Origin: Chrysomallon squamiferum
Lineage: Eukaryota; Animalia; Mollusca
Direction of reading: 5' to 3'
Length of the DNA: 64,000 nucleotides
Assembly: GCA_012295275.1 (NCBI GenBank)
Contig: CM022665.1
Location: 6,820,001-6,884,000 of the forward strand
Of this stretch, positions 1 through 13,508 are shown one piece after another. Position 1 is the first letter of the stretch, and each line of letters opens with the position of its first letter. A program made the position numbers and the translations under genes. Below the pieces are notes generated by a model. It was not told the DNA's origin and did not search any database. It was given only the letters and a program-made list of their open reading frames with translations.

Positions 1-237
1 TTATTATTATGGTTATTATTTTTTATTATTTTTCTATTATTTTTTTTTATTTATGTAAGAGTAAGATATTAGGCAGCATTTATTAGTGGATTTGGAAAAA
101 GAAGCACCTGAAGTTGTAAAATGATTTTTTCAAAATTTAGAAAAAAAATTCTTATTTTACAATTGTACTAAATAGCTCTATAAAAGGTGTTGGATAAAAA
201 CTGTTTAATATTGATTAAATTATTAATTATATTTCAG

Positions 238-3038
238 TTGGGTCGCATTTACCTGGATATGTTAAATGTGTACAAAGTGATGAGCGAGAATATCAGCAGT
301 GCTATTGCCACCAATGGGGAAAGTGTGACCAAGCAACCACTCATTCGAAGCATGCGAACAGTCAAAAAGGAAACACTGAAACTGATATCGGGATGGGTTA
401 GCCGCTCCAGTGATCCACAAATGGTTTGTGTTATTTTTATTTGTGCCATAGTGGGGGAAAAAAGGTGAAATAAAATGGTAATAGTCTCAGAATTGGTTTC
501 ATATAGTTATTACCAGATGTATAGTTATGTAACCTTAACTACATAAAATACAGATAGATAATTTGTATTCATGTTGGGAAAATTAAAGAAGTAGTCCAGT
601 GGAAAATGAGAAGGTTTAAATATATGATGGGATACAATGTGATCATTAACAATTTACATTAGAACTGTTTTAATGGTGTGAAGGTTTTTTTTTTTTTTCA
701 TCAGGTTGCTGAAAACTTTATCCCACCCCTTTTGGATGCTGTGCTTTTAGATTACCAGCGAAATGTTCCGGCTGCCAGAGAACCAGAAGTACTTAGCACC
801 ATGGCAACCATAGTTAACAGATTAGAGGTACATTCTAACGAATTTACACTTTTCAGTTAACAAAATGAGTAACCTTGCACATTAATGTTACATCAAATGA
901 TTTTACTTAATAACTCATTGATAATTAAATGTTGTTGGTTTTCCTTTTTACTATCATTTTGTCTATCTAATTTTAAAACATTTTGATTATTCTTTTTTTC
1001 AGAACCACATTGCAAAAGATATTCCACAAATATTTGATGCAGTCTTTGAATGTACACTTACCATGATAAATAAGGTAAATTATGTTTATTTTGAGAAAAT
1101 ATTTTAATATAATTTCTTAATGAATTTTAAAAAACATTTATAACTGAATTTAGCAGAAGTTTTCAAATCCTTTAATTTTAGACTATACTACATGTCAAAT
1201 AACAATCATTAAAAAAAAAATAATAATAATAAAAACTTAAATAATTATTTCATTTTATTTTTATGTTATTTATTATAATTGTTTTGGGGGTTTTTTCATT
1301 ATTAATTTTTTTATGTTAATGTAACAGTGAATGTAGCTTAATTAAATCATTATCATTTCTATTTTCAGGACTTTGAAGAATATCCAGAACACAGGACTAA
1401 TTTCTTCCTCTTGTTACAAGCTGTAAATTCTCACTGTTTTCAAGGTTTTTATTTCATTATTTTTTAAAATAAAATATTCTTTACACAGACCTCATGTTTA
1501 AGCAGTGGATATGCCCATAATACATATCGGTTATGTGTAAGACATAATTATTCAGATATACTCTTTTATTTCTCAAAATTAAACATTAATTGTCATATTA
1601 TAGAAGTAATTTTATAATTTCTGAATGGAAAGATGTTTATAATATGTTACTGAAGATTATACATTTCTTAATTTTCATGTTTATTTTTATTTATAGCTTT
1701 GCTAAATATTCCTTCTGCACAGTTCAAACTTGTTCTGGATTCTATTATCTGGGCATTCAAACACACAATGAGGAATGTTGCTGATACTGGTCTGGACATT
1801 TTGTATGTCCTGTTACAAAACATAGCCCAGGAAGAAAATGCTGCACAAAGCTTCTATCAGACCTACTTCACTGATATTCTTCAACACTTATTTTCTGTTG
1901 TTACAGACAGTTCTCATACAGCAGGTAAATAAATAACTGATATTGTGTTAGTTAAAAAGATTGTAAATATTATTACCTAATTCATTTGTAGTTAAATTCT
2001 ACATCATGAATTGTTTATATTTAAAAAAAATAATAAGGAAATAAAAAATTTCACACTTGGTTTTTTGACATTATACTTCTGCTTGATTCTGCTATTAGTG
2101 CTCGGTCAAGAGGATTTAAAAAAAAAAAAAAAAAAAATCCAGATGGAAACATTATGTGACTAATTTGCAACAGAGATAAAAACATTGAAATAAAGAAAAA
2201 AAAATGTCGTCATACATTACAGTTGCAACTGTTTTCTTAATAGTCATGTATTTTTTTCTCAGGTCTTACAACACAAGCTACAATTCTGGCATACATGTTC
2301 AATACACTTGAAGCTGGAAAAATAACTATTGACTTGAATGCAACTTCAGCTGGTCAGAATGTTGCCTACATACAACAGTTCCTTCTTAACCTTCTTCAGA
2401 CAGCATTCCCACATTTGAATGAGTGAGTGATAAAACATTTACACCAAGTATTGAGCTTACTACCTTAATGGTTAGATGAAATGCACATTATATTTTATTT
2501 AAATTTGATTATAATAAAACTTAATATATCATTATTTAACTCTTTTACTTAAATACTGTGGAACAAAGCACTGTGGTAATTAATGTTACAATTTTCTTTT
2601 TCAGGCACCAAATCAAAATATTTATTGAAGGTCTGTTCAGTTTCAATCAAGACTTTCCATCTTTCAAAGAACATCTGAGAGATTTCTTGGTCCAGATCAG
2701 AGTGAGTGCCTTTTATCAGCATATAGAGACACTGCCTGTATTAATTTGTTTTTTATTGAACATGTTTAGAAATTTACAGAACCCCTTCAAAACAGTTATT
2801 TTAGCAAAACAAATGTTAAGTGTAAGTTTCTTCATTATTTTTTGTTATTAATAAGGCCAATATTGTAATCTATCTTTGTTTATCCCAACAGGAATTTGCT
2901 GGTGAAGATATGAATGATTTGTTTTTGGAAGAGCGAGAAAATGCTATCAGATTAGCTAATGAAGAAAAACGCAAAATACAAATGTCTGTTCCTGGTATAT
3001 TGGGCCCTCATGAAATACCAGAAGAAATGCAAGACTGA
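238..3038 (+). CDS. XPO1: Exportin-1 (CRM1), 3' part; gene begins upstream of the window
   Basis: Eight phase-compatible GT-AG exons: 238-423, 705-827, 1003-1074, 1369-1444, 1697-1924, 2263-2422, 2605-2701, 2892-3038 (363 codons incl. TGA). The translation has hallmark CRM1 segments LGRIYLDMLNVYK, VPAAREPEVLS, DFEEYPEHRTNFF, IIWAFKHTMRNVADTGL, FKEHLRDFLVQIREFAGED and the C-terminus VPGILGPHEIPEEMQD*. Confidence 0.97.
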
Positions 3039-5315
3039 AATGGAAAAATCAAGTGTTTCTAAAAATACATTGCTGTTTGTACTTGAACAAGGTGTTCCAG
3101 TATTTATGAATATGGATAAATTTAAACAAAAAAAGTAACAAACTTTTATAAGTATTGCTATCCATTATTTATTGAAGGAATAGCCTTTTTATAAAAACAC
3201 ACTATATGGTTCCACTTGGTTTAGACCTGGTTGAAAACTTCTTGTGTTGTTACAGAACTGGAACAGAAATTCAGTTTTGTGTCAGGCAAAATAATTATCC
3301 ATGAACCTGTGTTTGTGGCCATGCAGAATACCATTATCATACTGATTGTAGGAAATTGTCATTCAGTTACAGCACAGTGAATTGTCTTACAGCACACTGA
3401 ATTGTTGTCAGTAACAAATCATGATAATCATGAAGATGCATTGTGTAATAATTTATTATTTTTCTGTCTTGTTCTTTTTTTTTGTGTGTGGTTATTTTTT
3501 GTTGGTTGTTAAAATAAACACAACAACAACAACAACAAAACAGTAATGACCACAGAGGTATTTTAGTTTCAGTAGTTGGAATTTTTCTCTGAGATTTTTA
3601 TAACATTTTGTTGTTTTTGAAAATGCATTTAGAATTTATATACGTTTCAGCAACTTGGTTTTATAGACACATTTCACCAGATCAGATTGTACATCTACAA
3701 ATAAATTAATATGTTTGATCAGCTGATTTTAAAGATTTCGTAATACCTGTATGAGTTTGAACATCATTGAAATACAGTAATTATCATAAATGTTTAAATA
3801 TTTTTCTATATTTGGTGCTTTTAAAATTTTCTGGAATGATGATGATAAACTAAATTATTTTTTGCTTGAATTTTTGATAGAAAACAGCTGAATAATGCAC
3901 AATAATAGTAACAGGAGTTTTAGTTTAATTTTTAAAAATTAACAAAATTACTTTCATTTCTTTGGAAAAGTTTTTTAATTCATATTTAGAAATGAAGCAT
4001 GTTTTGAATATAAAGTATATGATATTTTTTACACATTTTCATTTTGTAAATTTTGCAGTATACCAAAGATATTGTAATCATTATGTATGTACATTGTTAG
4101 AGTAAGTATTTTGTTTTGCTTGGATTGATTGAATGTTACATTGAGATAGTACTTCATGACTGATGGTTGTTGCCATATCACATTCAAGATTTGTTGCCGT
4201 TTGTGTTTGATAAATTTCATCACCAAGCTGATGTTTTGTAAAAAAAAAAAAAAAAAAAAAAAACCTTCCTTTTTTTCAGCTTAATTTTTCTGTTGTTTGC
4301 TTTGTTAGTTCCTAATAATTTCTACAGGTGGGTATTTACAACATAAATGACAGGACCTTTACTAAATGTGCTGATAAGAGAATTTTACTTTTCCAAGTTG
4401 TGCTTTTTAAAAAAAATTAAAACTAATATTTTGGCTAGAAAATAACAATATTATTTATAAAGCAGCTTTTCAAAGAATGTTTAGAATTAAAAAAATAGAG
4501 CCTTCAGTACTGTTAATAATCAGCAAAATATTCATCTCGGTGGTAAAATTATCAAAATATTTTAAGGAACACATCTTTTATTAAGATGTATATTTTTATT
4601 ATAATTTGAATAATTAAAAGACTTACACAAAAAATTATGTTGAAATGCACTTGAGTTACTGATGATAGTAGCTAAACTGCTATTTTTAAAATTGTGTAGA
4701 TGTTGATACTTTTATAGAAGCTGTGTAAGCAGTGCATCACTGACTTTTAAATTAATAATTTTTTACAGCTTTGTTTTTTATTTTTTTATTCCTTTTTCTT
4801 TTTCATTTTCTTTTTTCACATCATGAGTAGAAGTACAAATTCATTTATTCATAGTTATTGCTTTTTAAAATATTTTATTCATACAATGGCATAACAGGTA
4901 ATGATTTTCAGTGTTCTAATTAAGAAATATATATAAATAAATAGAACCTGGTAAAACATTAAAAAATAAGATAAATTAATAACGAGTGCTATTTGTAAAA
5001 TATAGATAAAAGACAAGTATATTTTCATCAATGCATTTTTGTTGTGAAAAGGTTATCAAAAAAGTTAGTTACATTAACAAGATAGGCTCTGAACTCCACT
5101 GAAAATTTATTTCTGTTATTGTTAAATTTTGTGTTAAACTGTATTTTAGTAATAAATAAAATTATTGGTGCCATGTGTTTATTAACTGAAACATATTGTT
5201 TCACTCCCAATATTTTATTTTTCATTGAATAAATCCTCTTGTAAAAGTTGCTAGCATTTCAGGGGACATTTTTAGTTGTATCAGCTTAAAATACATGTAT
5301 TTCTTTTACCAGTAG

Positions 5316-5350
<35 letters not shown>

Positions 5351-5485
5351 ATGTGTAATGATTCATGTTTATGTACAAATTATTTCATATGCTGGTATTG
5401 CCCAAAGGTCATGTTAATAAACCATCCTTTTTGTCAGTTGGTATTTTTTTCTTTACCTTCTTTTCCTTCTTTTAAAAAACAAAGT

Positions 5486-5491
5486 AATAAA
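5486..5491 (+). terminator. Candidate XPO1 polyadenylation signal (AATAAA)
   Basis: AATAAA after about 2.45 kb of U-rich 3' UTR-like sequence and just before the convergent DMAC1-like 3' end. Other AATAAA hexamers occur upstream, so the choice is inferred. Confidence 0.3.
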
Positions 5492-6155
5492 AATAATTTA
5501 GGCTAATGCATATACTTGATTCTTCACAAGAACAAAATACAGGTAAGTCCAGCTCTCAGATAGCTAAACCACAAAATAAACTTTTATTTAGTAAATTATT
5601 GGATTATACTTATTTTGGAGATTCAGTTTTCTGAACCCGACTAATAAAATTCTAGCTTTAAAAAAAATAATTTACCTACTATATTGTTTGATAACAAAGA
5701 CTTAGTATTCTCCATTTGATGAATGTAACATATCATTTGTTTGAAAGCAACTAGTTAGTGGATATTTTAATTATGGGATAAAAAAAAAAAATAAAATAAA
5801 TAATAGCATGACAGTGACAAAATTAATACATTATTTCCAGTTAATAATTGCTCAAATAAATTCAACAAAGTTTGTAAAGTATTTTATTTATAGAATTGCC
5901 ATAAGAAAAAAAAGTATCTGTTTTGTACATTTTGCTGGTTTTAGAACTTCCATTCATTATAAAATGCACTTCACTATCATTTATAATCACTGATAACTTG
6001 TATTATCATACAATGGAAATGTTTTACCACAACATGCTGAACTTATTCTGAAAAAATGAAAACATATCAACAAAAATAATCTAGATTTTAAAATGGCACA
6101 CAAATATAATTTCATGTGAAATGTTACTAACATTTCTGCAGATGCCTTTGTACAA

Positions 6156-7210
6156 TTAGTCCTCTGGTCGCTGTCTTGTGAATTTCTTTTGAATGTGGTG
6201 AAACTGATTTTGTAAATCCTGTATATCAGAAAGAGCCAAATCCATAATACTTTTATCTCCTTTATTCTTGTCAAAGATACTTTTATCCAGTAAGCGAGCC
6301 AACCCCAAGACAAACACTCCTGTGAAAAAAAAAATGACTATCTATTTTGGATTCCAAATTACAACTTCCAGATCATTTAGATTTTTAAAGAAAGTACACT
6401 AACAAAGGTAATCTTCAAATCATTTCTTGATATTGTAGTTAAGTATTAAATCTTGTTCTTTTTTTAATTTACCAATTATAATTTCAAACTGAAATCAGTG
6501 AAACTTCATCCACACATATTTTCATAAATATATCACTTGGAATATCATAATTAAAAAAGACAAGGATACATTTCAATATTATTTCATTAACATGCAAACT
6601 GTATTTTTTAAGGTATATCTATACACAAATTAAAATGAAACAAATATCATACAGGAGTGGCTTACAAGTAACCAGGCAGTGTATGATTGTGAAAAATATC
6701 CACAAGTGTATTTTTAAAATATCTGTAAGGTGTATTTATTAACAATATTAACTTCTAAACATCTTCCTACTTATTCTTCAATGGAAAGTTTGCAATCATA
6801 TATTACCCAGTCATATATGAGCCATATTGTATTTTAACGGAGGAAAGAAAAGAAAACTTCATTTATATATATGTACCTGAAGATAAAGATGTAATTTGTA
6901 TGTATAATGCCACCTTTCTGAAGCCTGTGTATCTGTGTCTTATTTTATGACCTTGAATCAAAACAAAACCTGCTGCACCCCATAACACTGACACACCAAT
7001 AAGCTTACAGCTTAAACAGTCTCCTTCTTCGAGAGGCACAAATCTTGTTATATAGCTCTTTATTTTTGTTCCAATTTCTGTGAAACTGTCGACCACATCA
7101 GCTTGTTTACCAGAAACTTGTGACTGGTCCACTGATAAAGATGGCTTTGAATCAAAGGACAACTGTGATTTTTCATTATCTGACCCTAATAAAGCTTTCA
7201 AATAATTCAT
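6156..7210 (-). CDS. DMAC1: DMAC1/TMEM261-like (DUF4536) small membrane protein, 165 aa
   Basis: Coding exons 7210-6877 and 6319-6156 (TAA) join in phase 1. Contains DCLSCKLIGVSVLWGAAGFVL (CxxC followed by a Gly-rich hydrophobic helix, as in DUF4536/DMAC1) and a second hydrophobic segment LYIQITSLSSGVFVLGLARLL. Acceptor at 7234 and an upstream non-coding exon with a GTAAG donor at 8178. Confidence 0.75.
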
Positions 7211-8178
7211 GATCTCCAAGATTTGTTATTTCACCTAAAAGATCAAAATTTAAGAGTTTAAAAAATAATTAAAATAAAATAAAATAAAATATATATATAA
7301 AGAAAAGAAAGCATGAAGAGAGTAAGATTTATTAGATGATTAATTTCCCCTTATCCAAATTCAAAATACATTATGCTAATATACGTATGATATACTAAGA
7401 ATGAGAAACTGTAACTGAATTGTTTAAAAAGGTCAGCGAAGTTAACTAACAGTACATATTTTCTTGTGTGTAGCTGAAAAAAATAATACAAGGATAGTGC
7501 ACACTTTCAAAGGTACATAACCTTTTGGCATATCTGGTATATAATTACGTTTGTAAACATTCTATTGGTAGATTTCTCAGAATTAGGTAAAAAATCAATT
7601 ATTCAATACAATGTATATGTAAGTTTAATTAACCAATTTGGTGTTCTCACAAATTCTGAACAGCAAAAAAAAAAAAAAAAAGATTTAACATTGACATGGT
7701 TTCAAAATAAGAGTTAAAGATATTCAAAGTCAAGTTGTTTTTTGAATGTATCAAAGCAACTAAGTTATGTTTTTAGATCATCATCGTTGTACCGAATCCA
7801 GGTTTTAGCATTAACCTTTTCATCAAGGGAGGTAAACAACAAGGACAAATCGGTGAATTCTGCCACGATGATGTTAAAGAAAAAACTACAGATTTTCAAG
7901 CTAATATTATTGATATCATTATTCCTACACATATTAGTAAATGGTTAAATAAATAAATAATAAAATAAAATGATAATTAAAGAAATATACTGTCAAGGTC
8001 TACATGACATACTTGATACTACTCCGTCTACTGTAACTATATAGCAAGTTTAGCTGGTTTATCCATACAAATAAATTAAAAATACTGATTTAATATTACA
8101 ATCCAATTCCAGTCTATATTAATGTTTATCAATATAAAAATCCGTTCTCATACATGTTTTAAACGTAAAATAGCTTAC

Positions 8179-8260
8179 ATAACCTATTAGACGATTCCGG
8201 CTTTTAGCATCCCAAACCTAGTTTCCGATGTCATTTCGTTCGTATTTTGTTTCCGCCAAG
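8179..8260 (-). promoter_or_regulatory. CpG-rich 5' UTR exon / promoter of the DMAC1-like gene
   Basis: Local CpG cluster in CpG-poor surroundings, GGCGGAA motif and GTAAG donor at 8178-8174. Confidence 0.5.
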
Positions 8261-11200
8261 GATAAGGTAGGCACTAGCAAGATTTTGGAATATCCATTGC
8301 ATTGCCATACATTTATTATTTCAGCCAATAATGCCATTAAAATGTATTGTTTAATTTCATTATATCAATTTTTTAGGAAGCAATAAAAATTTGTTATTTT
8401 AAAAAAGAAAGTGAAAATCCTAGCATAAATATTTTAAATAATATATTACAAAGCGTACCATTGTTAATTTGAGAGAAATAGTATAAATATTTTCTCTATT
8501 CATTTAAGGTTCTGTTTTTAAATTATTATTTTATTTTGCCTATTTTATTTAATAACGAAATAAAATCACAAAAGAGCACACTTTTCTCTAAGTATCTACT
8601 TTAAAAACATATTAAAAAAAAAAGAAAAAAAAAGTAAATCCTGTATCACCACTGTATGATGCTGTTTCATCAAGACAAGACTCAAATTGTGAAGGCTAAA
8701 AGATTTTATGATTTTAACATGTCTTTGGTACATGTTATCTCAAGATACTGGGAGGACAGCAATTTATAAAAATGTTAATTAGAATTAAGATTCAAATGAT
8801 TCAATTAAAAATCTCATGATGTACATTTTTAGAATGACAGTGGCCATTCTATATTTTTATCACTTACAAAATTATTGCCATCAGATGATAAGGTTCACAT
8901 TTTGTTATGTGTAAGGTTTTCTTTCATTAAATTTTCATTAAATTTTTATGAAAGTATAAATTTGTAAGAATTAACACACCTTTATATCTTAACCATGTTG
9001 GTGGTGGCATCAAAAGAAATCACTAAATGTTCAACATGCAAAACATTTCAGTATTAAAAGAAAGGAAAAAAGAAGAAATTTTGTTTCCTCCAGAGCTTTC
9101 TTCAAATAAAACTAAGCAGAACAAAAAACAAACCACAAAACTTAATTTTAAACATTTAATAGCATAAAACTGCAACAGGAACACAGTCCATGTGAAAGAT
9201 TATATTTAAAACACTAAAGCAATAACCACTCCAACACTGAAATAAATCTGAATAGAATATTTATCTTGTTAGTTAACAATTATTACTGGAAATGGAGTAA
9301 TAGAAATTTTGTTTATTTATCAAAATATGAAATGTGCAAGTATTCAAACATTTATCAGAAAACATATTTTGCTATTTTCTTATTAATTAAAAAAACAAAT
9401 AACTGTAATAAAAAATAGCAAACAATTTGTGCAATAAAAGGAAAATGTAAAGGAAGCAAAACTAAACTCTGACAAATCAGAAAACAAAAACCTAAGTGTA
9501 AATATCTGCCAGACTAGATACATAAAATGGACGGCCACATTTACCATAAATATTCAAAATGAATCCATCTAAAATAATATTATTAATATCTGCATAGTTT
9601 AGTCTCAGTAAAGGTCTGCCTGACAAAACGTGTACAAGAGAAAAAAGTGAAGCAATAAAATCTTCTACCAGTTATAGCAAATTAATAATAAATGTGGTGC
9701 AAAATACAGCAACACAAGGATTATTGTGATCATTTTGTTTGATATTAACCAAATACAGTAAAGTACATTTGAAAATACATTTAGACTGCATTTTTATTTT
9801 CTTTCTCAAGTACTTGTTATCTCTGCACTTAGAAACATAAAATGCTTGGTAACTTTTTCATCAGTGAGTAGCCACTGGAAATGTTACATCTATCAATCTG
9901 CATATTTTCCACATTTCTGCCTAAAATTTACGTTAAAAAAAAAAAAGAAAAAAAGAAAAGAAAGGAAAATGGCAGCCTCCAGCAATTGTAGCTATAATAT
10001 TCTCATACTTTGTTATTAAGTCTGGTCTGCAGTGAAAAATAAAATAAAAAGGTATTTACATTATATATTTGAACTACAATATCTACACATTAAGTATTGC
10101 AACACTATTCTTATGTTTTATTCTTTTGTAATGTTCTAAAATTAAAAAGTAAATTTTGTACAAAAACTGATTTCATTTCTTTAAGCTTTCTTAATATGAA
10201 AAAAAAAAAAAAAATTACAAATCCACTTTTGTTTTAATATCTTCAATTGTTAAATATATATATATACATTTTCCATTTCATATATAAAAGTGAAACATTC
10301 TACAGTTCATTAACGGGTAGATATATAATATCTAGTAATAAGTTAACAAAATATTAGTGTGTAGATCTATATTATTAATAGTGTGCAATAGACATTGCAT
10401 GTAAGTGTTAATCTAAACTGAAACAAAGTGCATAGTGACAAAGGCTGCATTTGAGGAATAAAATTTATTTTCAAATTCACTGATTCCTATATAGCACAAA
10501 GAAAAGTTTCTTATTAACAAAATATGTACATAATCACAGTTTGATACATGAAATAACAGTAAAATAGCTCTGTATTATGATTAGTGTAAACACTAATAAA
10601 TATATAAATAATCTTAAGTGTACTGTTCTTTCTTGATGGTGGAGCTTTCAAGCTGCAGTGGCCAACAATCACAATCATCCTGGTTAAATGTTGATACCAA
10701 AAATATTTTATAAGGAGAAATATATCTATATATCTTTTTCTTCTTATTTCTAAACCTATTTAAAAAGAACTGAAAGCAACATGGAATAGTTTAGTAAAAC
10801 TGAGTTAAATCAAAAAGGTAATAATAATTGCATGAATTGATATATTCAGTTTAAAACCTCTTTGGTGGGCATTTGTGTTCACTTTCTTAAAAAGATAGTC
10901 ATTACTGTGTGATAAATAAAAAATGACTCAGAAATATGTAGTTGCTACATGACACTATTACAAAATGTATGTGTTTATTTAATGAGCTAGACAACTGTTA
11001 CAGTGTTTCATATTTAACTGTTTCTGAAATGATTAACATTTTTGAATTTGAATTACAAACACTGTGAAGTAAGACGAGATAACTGATGAATTTCTTTAAA
11101 CATTTCACTAATCCTGTGTGTAATTTTATAGTTAATAATATATAGCAAGACACAGAGCAGAAAACTATAATCTTCTTAGATGTTCTGTTATGCATTAAAA

Positions 11201-11714
11201 ATTGTTATTTTAAAATATGAATAATGAAATGTCCAATATTTCACCTTCACTCATTGATACTGTTTTTTTAAATTACACACATTTAATGATTTCTGTCTTT
11301 CTTTCTTTTCTTTTTTTAATGTTTAAACCAAATTTAAACTATTATCACCTATAAGCCACTGTTTTATTGGTATACACTTTTGAACACCTAATGCCAAAAT
11401 GAGACACAGACACTGAATGTCTGAAAATGTTTGATTTTACAAAAATCATTATGATTCATCAGTTTAATGGTAGATTTGATGGATTTTTCAAAACTAGCTT
11501 TTTTAAAAAGTTACCTCCTATTATACCATGTATTCCCCATACTGGATAATCTGGAGTGGACATGCTGCCCACCAAATAATGTCCATACAAAGATTTTAAA
11601 TATTTCTTTGCAAGATTAAAATATAATTTACTATATAAAACAATTTATAAAAAGTCTAAAATCATATTTAAAACATCAGTATACTTTAATTTCAAGGTAA
11701 CAGGTAATATAATA

Positions 11715-11752
<38 letters not shown>

Positions 11753-13508
11753 ATGTGTGTATGGGGATAGTGGTGGTTAAAGCACTTTGTGATCAAGAAA
11801 TAATAACATAATATTTAAAAATATAGTAATCTATAGCTATTTTTTATATCAAAATAAATTGCACAGCAGACTGCAAAAGGATTCATTTTAAAGCATGTAT
11901 AAACATAAACACATCTGCTTGTAATATATCTAATTACTATTTAATAATGAACACTTCACTGAAAAAGAAATAGGTATTTTTGGAATGTGTTTGCTATATG
12001 CTGCATTCTTTTATTTAATGGATCTATATAAAAATATTTTATATTTCATACTTGAGATTACCAAATTAAAGAAAATAAATAAATAAATAAAAAAAATAAA
12101 AAAAAAACTGATGTGAAAAAAAAAACCAAGGTGTACTGAAAATATGTTTACCATTATGGTAATGTCGTACACAATTCTAATTAAGAGGAATTAATATAAT
12201 TCATGTTTACAATGTTTATATAGTGATGTGAATAGGATTTTCTTTAGGTGTTTTTATTAATATGATTTAATCTACTGATTGGTTTCTAAATTTAATTTCA
12301 ATATGTTTCAATTTAATAATGGCGAAGTAAAATCATTTAAACTGAATAATTTAAATTTATTTTACTGTTAATGAGATGGTTTTCAAAAATAATGAATGCA
12401 GAAAACGTTAACATGCAAACAGCAAAGAACAAATGTATTACATCATAAAATGAAACTATTTTTAGGATATTTTTATAAAATTACAAGTATCTGATTATTA
12501 AGTAATTAATGGAACTATTTATTGTTCCAGGGTTTAAGAGAAAAATAACCTACATGACATTAATCACATATATTCTGTATTAGTTACTGGTTATTGATTT
12601 AAAGTAAAGTGATATTTAACCTCTTGTATCTTTTTTTTTTTTTTGCTTTTTCTTCTTTTTTTCAGAAACCTAAGATGGTTTTATTTCTATTACTTAAATA
12701 AAAATTCTGGGCTTCACAAATGTCATTGAATTAATATATTATGCAAGAATAAAAACAATACATATTTCTCTCTCTCTCTCTTTTTTTTTTGACACATAAA
12801 ATTCATGTTAAACATTTGTAAGATCATAGAATCTGTAAACATTTTTACACCAATAAATAAATCTATATTTATAGCACTGAACACAAATGAGCAACAGTTA
12901 TAAGTAACAAGCAGATTAATTTGAAACATGTCTCAAAAAGTAATCAGTATGAAAATATAATAGGTTCAAGAAAATTATGAAACATTTTTTTAACTGCTAT
13001 TATGAATTAGTAAACAAAACAATGTATAAACAATATTGTAACCAAAGTTTTCTTTATCATTCAAAATGTTATCTATTCAAACCATTTTCTGAAACTATTT
13101 ATTCAGATTAAAAGAATAATTGAAACAAAAAATGTTATTACATACCACGTCTATATATATACATAGACACATACTCACGACAGAAACCATAAATATATTT
13201 TCATAAAATGTCCATTTCAAATACAAGGAAAAGGAAAGAAAATGAAAAGTGTAAAACTTAATAAAATTTTAAATACAAATATTTCAATTTTCTGGCTGTT
13301 AAATATAAAACCATCACTGATCTTTTCAGTTATAACCTTTGTGCTAAAAATGCAAAATAATGTTGTTTGTGAAAAAAGTTCAAAATTAAAAAGCTAAAAA
13401 AGTCAAACTCAACAGAACAGAGGCTAATAAATGGTTGTAAACAGTAATCTGCCTTTGTACATTCCTTCCTTTTGTCTTCACAGACAAATTCACTACTTCT
13501 GACAAAAG

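Noticed and set aside
475-1547. Hairpin+ACA motifs in XPO1 introns (about 475-547 and 1481-1547) as H/ACA snoRNAs
   Set aside because: Too short or single asymmetric hairpins, with no proper ANANNA H box.
3367-3405. 20-bp tandem duplication in the XPO1 3' UTR (similar short duplications or palindromes at about 51127, 52402 and 55971)
   Set aside because: Two-copy slippage products or chance palindromes with no array structure.
5987-6313. 108-aa ORF as a separate gene
   Set aside because: Alternative frame over the DMAC1-like last exon and its UTR.
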